Source: Clostridia bacterium
GTDB taxonomy: Bacteria; Bacillota; Clostridia; TANB77; RGIG9151
Direction of reading: 5' to 3'
Assembly: GCA_016287855.1 (NCBI GenBank)
Contig: JAEEXS010000045.1
Span: forward strand, 1-12,331
Length of the DNA stretch: 12,331 nucleotides
Shown here: positions 6,751 to 12,331 of the stretch, piece after piece
Layout of the letters: each line of letters opens with the position of its first letter
Position numbering within the stretch: the stretch's first letter is position 1
The notes under the pieces: model-generated
Seen by the model: only the letters and a program-made list of their open reading frames with translations
Told to the model about the DNA's origin: nothing
The model's database searches: none
Translations under genes and position numbers: made by a program

Positions 6751-7152
6751 CTTAAAAATAATAAGCTTACTTGCTACGTAATTAAGTATAATTACAAGTA
6801 TATTAGATAAGATTTTTATAATAAGATCGTTTAATTTCAAGACATCAACAAAAACAAACATACATAACCAATCTAATACACCAGTTGCAAGTCTACAAGC
6901 AAAGAAAGAAATCATTTCTTTAAACTTTTCATTAAAGCCAGTTGCTTTACTAAAAAAAACCCATTTAGCATTTGTTATATATGCAAATAATACTGCTAAA
7001 ATCCAAGCAATAATTGTACTTGGCATAACTCCTAAATTCAGTGGATGAGCAGCAATCCAATAAACTACGACATTAACAACAGTAGTACATACCCCAAAGA
7101 AAAGATAAGGAATTACATCTTTATATTTTTCGTAAAGATTTTTTATAAACAT
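6733..7152 (-). CDS. GtrA/GtcA family membrane protein (polyprenyl-phosphate-sugar translocation family)
   Basis: It is about 140 aa with four predicted TM helices. GtrA-like motifs are present: YLFFGVCTTVVNVVVYW, ILAVLFAYITNAKWVF and ILNYVASKLIIF. I prefer the start at ATG 7152 (MFIKNLYEKY) over the in-frame GTG 7164, which abuts the AGGAG SD at 7165-7169. Confidence 0.85.
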   Translation of the reverse strand: MFIKNLYEKYKDVIPYLFFGVCTTVVNVVVYWIAAHPLNLGVMPSTIIAWILAVLFAYITNAKWVFFSKATGFNEKFKEMISFFACRLATGVLDWLCMFVFVDVLKLNDLIIKILSNILVIILNYVASKLIIFKKKNEE

Positions 7153-7179
7153 ATTATAACACACTCCTATTACAAAAAG

Positions 7180-7208
7180 ATTATATTAAAAGTTTATAGA
7201 GTTGTAAA
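7180..7208 (-). promoter_or_regulatory. Sigma-A promoter of the gtrA-like gene
   Basis: On the minus strand there is a -35 TTTACA (complement of 7203-7208), an exact 17-nt spacer and a consensus -10 TATAAT (complement of 7180-7185). It lies about 28 nt upstream of the start codon. Confidence 0.6.
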
Positions 7209-7258
7209 CCTTTCAGCAATAAAATGGGAAACTATTTATTTTTTACGAAAAAATGACA

Positions 7259-7287
7259 TTGACGAAGGAAAATCTTTATAGTAACAT
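7259..7287 (+). promoter_or_regulatory. Possible promoter of the SLH gene pair
   Basis: The elements are TTGACG (7259-7264), a 17-nt spacer and TAACAT (7282-7287). The -10 is weak and this is a motif match only. Confidence 0.3.
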
Positions 7288-7308
7288 GAGAAAGAGGAAG
7301 TGATAGAA

Positions 7309-7851
7309 ATGAAAAAAATACTATCCATACTGGTTTGTGTTATTGTAATGCTTAATATTACGACAGCATCTATAATTGAAGATTCAGCAGATACATTAAA
7401 CAAAATGAAAATATTAAATGGATATGAAGATGGGAGCTTAAGACTCAAAAACAATATAACTAGAGCCGAATTTTGTGCTTTAATAATGAATATGCTTGCT
7501 TTAGATATAGATGAAAATTTGAGTAATAGGTTTTCTGATGTAAAAGAAGGAGCTTGGTATTATAATTCAATAAACAAAGTGGCGGAGCTGGGGTATATAA
7601 AAGGCTACGCAGAAGATGGAACTTTTAGGCCATCAAATAATATAACATTTGCGGAAAGTTGTGCTATAATGATAAATGTTCTAGGATATGAGGCTAATCC
7701 AGAAGAAGTATGGCCGAATAACGTTATAAATAAAGCAAAAGAGTTGGGAATAACAGAAGGGTTAAAAGATACTTTAGAAGCGTCATATAAAATGACAAGA
7801 GGCGAAATTAGTGTGATGCTAGTAAATAGTATGAATATAAAGGTGAGTTAA
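7309..7851 (+). CDS. Secreted S-layer homology (SLH) domain protein: signal peptide plus three SLH repeats, with no other domain
   Basis: The signal peptide is MKKILSILVCVIVMLNITTAS. The SLH-type repeats are LNGYEDGSLRLKNNITRAEFCALIMNML, FSDV..GAWYYNSINKVAELGYIKGYAEDGTFRPSNNITFAESCAIMINVLG, and NVINKAKELGITEG....YKMTRGEISVMLVNSM. I place the start at ATG 7309, 8 nt after the AGAGGAAG SD, rather than at GTG 7300. Confidence 0.85.
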   Translation: MKKILSILVCVIVMLNITTASIIEDSADTLNKMKILNGYEDGSLRLKNNITRAEFCALIMNMLALDIDENLSNRFSDVKEGAWYYNSINKVAELGYIKGYAEDGTFRPSNNITFAESCAIMINVLGYEANPEEVWPNNVINKAKELGITEGLKDTLEASYKMTRGEISVMLVNSMNIKVS

Positions 7852-8283
7852 ATGAATAAAACGGAATATGATGAAATACAAGTAAATTTAATAAAAAAGT
7901 CTTTGGATAAAGATAAAAAAGATTTATATATACCTGTTGAACGTAGAAAAGGTGAAGATGGGATTTTAAAGTTTATAAATCTTGTTTGCTTTTTAAGTTG
8001 GGGAGTAGTTTTTATAATTCTTTCAATAATTGTTAAAGCTGGAAGAAGTGTTGCATATATAAAACAACACGATTTACTTTGGCTTTCTTCAAATTTTTGG
8101 AGAATAAATTTATTAGAAATTGCTTTATTTGTTACATTTGGGTGCATAGTAGTATGTATGATGAGTATTATTCTTAATTTTACAAGGCATAGAAGAAAAT
8201 CTGATAGAATAAAAAGGTCATTGATTATATGTGAAATTATATGTTTCATATTTGGAGCTTTCTTGATTTTGAAAATATATTAA
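7852..8283 (+). CDS. Hypothetical 3-TM membrane protein, translationally coupled to the SLH protein
   Basis: Its ATG directly abuts the SLH stop (TAAATG), and an AAGGTGAG SD lies 6 nt upstream. The protein has a charged N-terminal 40 aa followed by three hydrophobic helices. A basic loop (TRHRRKSDRIKR) obeys the positive-inside rule. I recognise no family. Confidence 0.65.
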   Translation: MNKTEYDEIQVNLIKKSLDKDKKDLYIPVERRKGEDGILKFINLVCFLSWGVVFIILSIIVKAGRSVAYIKQHDLLWLSSNFWRINLLEIALFVTFGCIVVCMMSIILNFTRHRRKSDRIKRSLIICEIICFIFGAFLILKIY

Positions 8284-9035
8284 GGTTTTGCGACTTCTAT
8301 AGATACTCCGGTTAAATCAATATTATTCGTAGATAGCCTGCTTTTTACTGTTTCTAGTGCAAGAGCAGGTATATTATTTTTTTCGCTAAGATGAGCTAAG
8401 ATAAAATTCTTAGTTCCTTTTTTTATTAAGTATTCTACAGTTTCAGCAGAAGAGAGATTAGATAGATGACCATAATTTCCTATAATTCGTTGCTTTAATA
8501 AATAAGGATAATCTCCTGCTTTAAGCATATTTATATCATGATTAGATTCTAAAAGAATGGTTTTACTATTTTCAAAAGAAGATAGTAAATCGGATGTGAT
8601 ATGCCCTATATCCGTAGCAACAGTTACTTTTTCTTTCCCGCAAAACAAATTAAAACCACATGGATCAATAGCATCATGTGGAATTGGAAAAGGAATAACC
8701 TTGATATCTCCAATGGAAAATTCTTCTGATATTTCAAAAATGTTTTTTAAAGAAGGAGAAATTTCAAGAGACACCAAAGTTTCCCAAGTTTTTTTGCTTG
8801 AGAAAACAGGAATATTATATTTTTTACTAAATACCTTTATACCTTTTACATGATCTGAATGTTCATGAGTTATAAGTATTGCTTGTATTTCAGCTGGATT
8901 TATATTTAATTCTGTCAATTTATCTGTAAGACGTTTTGCAGAAACGCCAATATCAACCAAAATTTTAGTCTTTTCTGAAAAAACATAAGTACAATTACCA
9001 CTACTACTACTAAAAAGCGAAATTAAATTAAGCAT
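8280..9035 (-). CDS. MBL-fold metallo-hydrolase, YycJ/WalJ-like
   Basis: The 251-aa ORF has the metallo-beta-lactamase motif ILITHEHSDHVKG, plus ATDIGH, ESNHD and GHLSN blocks. It is collinear with my recollection of B. subtilis YycJ (WalJ). A GAAGGAA SD lies upstream of the ATG at 9035. Confidence 0.9.
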   Translation of the reverse strand: MLNLISLFSSSSGNCTYVFSEKTKILVDIGVSAKRLTDKLTELNINPAEIQAILITHEHSDHVKGIKVFSKKYNIPVFSSKKTWETLVSLEISPSLKNIFEISEEFSIGDIKVIPFPIPHDAIDPCGFNLFCGKEKVTVATDIGHITSDLLSSFENSKTILLESNHDINMLKAGDYPYLLKQRIIGNYGHLSNLSSAETVEYLIKKGTKNFILAHLSEKNNIPALALETVKSRLSTNNIDLTGVSIEVAKP

Positions 9036-9056
9036 ATATATTCCTTCTTTTGTATT

Positions 9057-10319
9057 TTAGTCTTCATTTACTCTTTCTATTTTTGCACCAAGATTCCTTA
9101 GTTTTTCTTCTATATTTTCATAACCCCTATCTACATATTCTATTTTAGAGATTTCTGTAACTCCTTTTGAAGCAAGTCCTGCAATAACCATTGCAGCTCC
9201 TGCACGTAAATCAGAACAAACAACAGGTGCTCCGTCAAGTGATTTTACACCTTCTATAATTGCAGAACGTCCTTCAATTCTTATTTGAGCACCGAACTTT
9301 TTAAGTTCCTCCACATACTGAAAACGGTTATCCCAAACAGATTCTGTTAGAATACTCATACCATTTGCAATAGAAAGTAAGGTTGCCATCTGAGGATGCA
9401 TATCTGTAGGAAAACCAGGATAAGGCATTGTTTTTATATTTACTTTTTTAGGGCGTTTATCGCATTTTACATGAATTGAATCGCCTAATTCTTCAACAGT
9501 TATCCCCATTTCGACTAGCTTTGCAGTTATTGAATCAACGTGCTTTGGTATACAATTTTTAATTATTACATCCCCGCCTGTAGCAGCGGCAGCAACCATA
9601 AAAGTTCCTGCTTCAATTTGATCTGGAATAATAGAGTAAGTTGCATTTCCAGGTAGAGATTTTACACCAACAATTTTTATTGTATCTGTTCCAGCCCCTT
9701 TTATATTTGCACCCATTGTATTTAAGAAATTGGCTAAATCTACGATATGAGGCTCTTTAGCTGCGTTTTCTATTATTGTAGTGCCTTCTGCTAAGACACT
9801 TGCTAAAATCATATTTATTGTTGCACCAACGCTAACAACATCCAAGTATATAGAAGTACCTACTAATTTTTTTGTAGTAGCTTTTATTAAACCTTGAGTA
9901 GTTGAAACTTGAGCTCCTAGTGCTTCAAAACCTTTTATATGTTGATCTATTGGTCGAGAACCGAAATTGCACCCGCCAGGTAAAGGTACTTCGGCAGATT
10001 TATATCTACCAAGTAAAGCACCAACTAAATAGTAAGAAGCACGCATCTTAGGACACAATTCTAAAGAACAACTTGTAGTTTTTATACCTTTATTTTCAAC
10101 TAAAATTTCATTAGGTGAATTTTGAGTAATATTAAGACCTAATTCTTTAAGCACAGATATATATCTTCTAACATCGATAATATCAGGTAAATTTTCAATT
10201 TTACAAGTTCCATCAATTAGTAACGTCGCAGGTAATATACATATTGCTGCATTTTTTGCCCCACAGATAGAAACGGTACCTTTTAATGGTTTTCCTCCAT
10301 AAATCCTTAATTTTTCCAT
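9057..10319 (-). CDS. murA: UDP-N-acetylglucosamine 1-carboxyvinyltransferase MurA
   Basis: The 420-aa ORF has an N-terminus G.L.G.V.I.GAKNAA (catalytic Lys) and an active-site loop [18 protein letters not shown] carrying the catalytic, fosfomycin-targeted Cys. [12 protein letters not shown] and [15 protein letters not shown] blocks are also present. A GAGGAG SD is present. Confidence 0.95.
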   Translation of the reverse strand: MEKLRIYGGKPLKGTVSICGAKNAAICILPATLLIDGTCKIENLPDIIDVRRYISVLKELGLNITQNSPNEILVENKGIKTTSCSLELCPKMRASYYLVGALLGRYKSAEVPLPGGCNFGSRPIDQHIKGFEALGAQVSTTQGLIKATTKKLVGTSIYLDVVSVGATINMILASVLAEGTTIIENAAKEPHIVDLANFLNTMGANIKGAGTDTIKIVGVKSLPGNATYSIIPDQIEAGTFMVAAAATGGDVIIKNCIPKHVDSITAKLVEMGITVEELGDSIHVKCDKRPKKVNIKTMPYPGFPTDMHPQMATLLSIANGMSILTESVWDNRFQYVEELKKFGAQIRIEGRSAIIEGVKSLDGAPVVCSDLRAGAAMVIAGLASKGVTEISKIEYVDRGYENIEEKLRNLGAKIERVNED

Positions 10320-10331
10320 GTTATCTCCTCA

Positions 10332-11036
10332 CTATTCTTCTTTAAGTGTTTTTTTGAAATTTACATCTACTGAAGAAACTCCAGGTAAAGAGTAGATATT
10401 ATTTAATGCTTCAGGATGCTTTGTAGAATCTTTTATATATACTTGAAAAGATATTTTATTAACATTGTTTTTTAAAGCTTTTACTGAGAAATTATCTATT
10501 TTTATAGATTTTTTTAATAGCTCGGTTTGTACAGCAGATATAGTATCTTTAGGATTTTCAGAATCAACTGTTAGCGTTAAGGTAGCTTCGTTATTGTCAA
10601 AAGATACTCTTGTATAAGCAAGGAAAATAAAAATAATTATAGTTGCAACTGTTGTGCCTAAATAAAAGCCAATACCAGTAGCAAGACCAATACATGCTAC
10701 AGCCCAAACGCTAGCAGCAGTAGTTAGTCCTTTAACAGAAGAGCCATCTCTAATAATAGTTCCTGCTCCTAAAAAACCGACTCCGCTTATAACTTGCGCA
10801 CCAAGTCTTGCTATGTCCATATTAGGAGAAAATTGGTGGTAGTAGTTATATGTAAATTGTGCAGTTAGCATTACAAGACAAGAACCGACACATACCAATA
10901 CATGAGTTCTAAGTCCAGCTGGGCGATGAGCATGCTCTCTTTCAAGCCCTACTAAAGTTCCAAAGATAGCTGCAAGCAATACTCTAAAAACAACTTGAGT
11001 TTCATATAAATTGAAAAAATCAATAAAAGAATTCAT
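10332..11036 (-). CDS. MgtC/SapB family membrane protein with C-terminal soluble (ACT-like) domain
   Basis: The MgtC signature is RVLLAAIFGTLVGLEREHAHRPAGLRTHVLVCVGSCL. There are 4-5 TM helices followed by a soluble tail of about 90 aa. I place the start at ATG 11036, 8 nt after an AGGAG SD that overlaps the upstream gene's stop, rather than at GTG 11045. Confidence 0.9.
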   Translation of the reverse strand: MNSFIDFFNLYETQVVFRVLLAAIFGTLVGLEREHAHRPAGLRTHVLVCVGSCLVMLTAQFTYNYYHQFSPNMDIARLGAQVISGVGFLGAGTIIRDGSSVKGLTTAASVWAVACIGLATGIGFYLGTTVATIIIFIFLAYTRVSFDNNEATLTLTVDSENPKDTISAVQTELLKKSIKIDNFSVKALKNNVNKISFQVYIKDSTKHPEALNNIYSLPGVSSVDVNFKKTLKEE

Positions 11037-11047
11037 TAAAATCACTC

Positions 11048-12331
11048 CTAAATAGCAGTTTTTTCAGAATTATTTTGATGAGCAGATATTTCTGAGATGT
11101 TAATTTTTCTAGTATGTGCAGTATGAGACCATTCTTTTTTATCTGAATGAATCATTCCGATTATAGTTATCGGAACCCACGTTAAATTATAATAGGGGTA
11201 TACTGCATATGCTAAAAGAACTTTTAAATTAAATTTTCTTTCAGACATTATAATAAGAGGCCCATATAAGAATTGCGCAATAAGGAAAACCATCCAAATA
11301 TAATTTGGAATAATATAGTTCATTCTAAATAGGCCACCTTGCGGATAAAAGAATTGCATAAACGTAAATAAAGCAATAATTCCATAAACGACGATTCTAA
11401 GAGGTTGAAGTAGATAAGTTGCACAGTCGAATGCAATTATATTTTTTTCTTTTATTGCTTTTTTTAACATCTTACCCAAAAATCTTCCTGTACAATCGGC
11501 ATAACCTTGCATCCAACGGATTCTTTGGTTCCAAGATTGCTTTAAGGTAAGAGGCTTTTCATCGTATACAACTGCATCATGAGACCAACCAACGGAAATA
11601 CCACGTAAAGCAAGTTTCATAGTGAATTCTAAGTCTTCAGTTAAACAAGTAGCACCCCAACCCATTTCTTTTATTAATTCACAATCTACGCAAAAACCTG
11701 TTCCACATAGTCCGCAAGTCATATTAAGGTATGAACGTGGTAATTGGAAAAGCCTATTTGAAGTCCAAAAAGCAATAGAATAAGAAGCAGTAATCCAAGA
11801 GTCAAATGGATTTTTACTATCGATATAACCTTGAATAACTCGATATCCCTCAAGCATTTTTTTATTCATTTCCGCTAAAAAACAAGGGTCAACGACATTG
11901 TCTGCATCAAAAACACAAAAAGCATCGTACCCATTTTGCATATTTAAAATTTTATCAAAAGCCCATTCTAAAGCAAATCCTTTTCCCTTTTCAATTTTAT
12001 TTGTTCTTTCTAAAACAATTGCCCCATGATCTTTTGAAATAGTAGCAGTATTATCATCACAATTATCAGCAACAACAAAGATATCATACAGTTCTTTTGG
12101 ATAATTCATATTTTGAAGACTATCTACTAGTTCTCCAATAACAATCTCTTCGTTATGAGCTGCAATTAGTACGGCAAATCGTTTTTCAAAAGGATAATCG
12201 GAAGCAGATTTTTCTTTTCTTTTAATCCAGCCTACAATTGATATACAAAAAAAATAGATTGCCAAAACAAATGTTATAAGTTGAATAAAGGCACTCAAAA
12301 AATACCAAAAACCTTCTTTTATTACTAACAT
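11048..12331 (-). CDS. Membrane-embedded processive family-2 glycosyltransferase (cellulose/PNAG/chitin-synthase-like D,D,D,QxxRW type)
   Basis: An N-terminal TM helix is followed by a GT-A domain with VLIAAHNEE, VVADNCDD, FDADN (DxD), LTEDLE (TED) and QRIRWMQG (QxxRW), and then 3-4 C-terminal TM helices. The ATG lies exactly at the window edge (12329-12331), so the ORF could in principle extend further upstream. The domain layout suggests it is essentially complete. Confidence 0.9.
   Translation of the reverse strand: MLVIKEGFWYFLSAFIQLITFVLAIYFFCISIVGWIKRKEKSASDYPFEKRFAVLIAAHNEEIVIGELVDSLQNMNYPKELYDIFVVADNCDDNTATISKDHGAIVLERTNKIEKGKGFALEWAFDKILNMQNGYDAFCVFDADNVVDPCFLAEMNKKMLEGYRVIQGYIDSKNPFDSWITASYSIAFWTSNRLFQLPRSYLNMTCGLCGTGFCVDCELIKEMGWGATCLTEDLEFTMKLALRGISVGWSHDAVVYDEKPLTLKQSWNQRIRWMQGYADCTGRFLGKMLKKAIKEKNIIAFDCATYLLQPLRIVVYGIIALFTFMQFFYPQGGLFRMNYIIPNYIWMVFLIAQFLYGPLIIMSERKFNLKVLLAYAVYPYYNLTWVPITIIGMIHSDKKEWSHTAHTRKINISEISAHQNNSEKTAI

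Noticed and set aside
7045-7454. ORFs at 7045-7281 (+) and 7236-7454 (-) spanning the divergent gtrA/SLH promoter region
   Set aside because: Both overlap the 5' ends of better-supported genes on the opposite strand and run through promoter DNA. Their translations are low complexity.
7848-8249. A 133-aa minus-strand ORF that almost fully overlaps the 7852-8283 plus-strand ORF
   Set aside because: It has no SD upstream of its ATG at 8249; the upstream sequence reads AAGAAAGCTCCAAAT. The translation is low-complexity with no TM or domain logic. The plus-strand ORF has an SD, is start/stop-coupled to the SLH gene, and has a clean 3-TM positive-inside topology. I treat the minus-strand ORF as a shadow ORF.
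8557-8853. A 98-aa plus-strand ORF inside the MBL hydrolase gene
   Set aside because: It is antisense to a conserved YycJ-like coding sequence, including the HxHxDH region. It has no SD and no recognisable features.
3381-11045. Longer in-frame alternative starts offered by the ORF track: GTG 3381, GTG 4267, TTG 5208, GTG 7164 (minus), GTG 7300 and GTG 11045 (minus)
   Set aside because: In each case a downstream start (ATG, or TTG for DUF4446) sits at a proper 6-12 nt distance from a clear SD. The upstream GTG or TTG overlaps or directly abuts the SD. The track's start positions are simply the first permissible codon in frame.
1-12331. A search by eye for CRISPR repeats, IS or transposase ends, integrase or recombinase genes, DnaA boxes (TTATCCACA/TGTGGATAA), riboswitch-like or T-box leaders, and toxin-antitoxin or known defence gene pairs
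   Set aside because: I could not find any of these. There are no regularly spaced direct repeats, no long terminal inverted repeats, no ORF with recombinase, nuclease or ATPase-defence hallmarks, and no exact DnaA box. This was a visual scan only, and a computational repeat or motif scan could still reveal degenerate elements.

Overview
This is an origin-proximal chromosomal segment from a low-GC Gram-positive bacterium that looks Clostridia/Tissierellia-like; I cannot place it more precisely from sequence alone. The plus strand carries a 5'-truncated mnmG (gidA) overlapping rsmG (gidB), a strong intrinsic terminator and a parS-like site. These are followed by parA(soj)-parB(spo0J)-DUF4446 and a promoter-driven cluster of three tRNAs (Gln-CTG, Glu-CTC, Leu-GAG). 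Next comes a visibly more AT-rich stretch of about 3 kb holding small accessory genes. These are a HIT hydrolase, a 4-TM DUF3592-like membrane protein, DUF1653, a divergently transcribed GtrA/GtcA-family gene, and a secreted protein made only of SLH repeats that is start/stop-coupled to a 3-TM protein. The right 4 kb is a tightly packed minus-strand cluster: membrane-embedded processive GT2 synthase, MgtC/SapB-family protein, MurA, and a YycJ/WalJ-like MBL hydrolase. Reading by eye, I saw no CRISPR array, IS element, integrase/recombinase, toxin-antitoxin pair or recognisable defence gene. All long ORFs look intact. I do not find a convincing undescribed system, and most of the window is conserved housekeeping synteny. 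Four things are most worth a second look. (1) Two parS-like sites share an identical asymmetric 14-nt core in inverted orientation around the rsmG 3' end. (2) The tRNA-Glu(CTC) has a non-canonical T-loop (C55) and a G1:U72 pair. (3) The SLH-only protein and the 3-TM protein form a coupled pair. (4) The GT2-MgtC-MurA-MBL arrangement looks like an operon.
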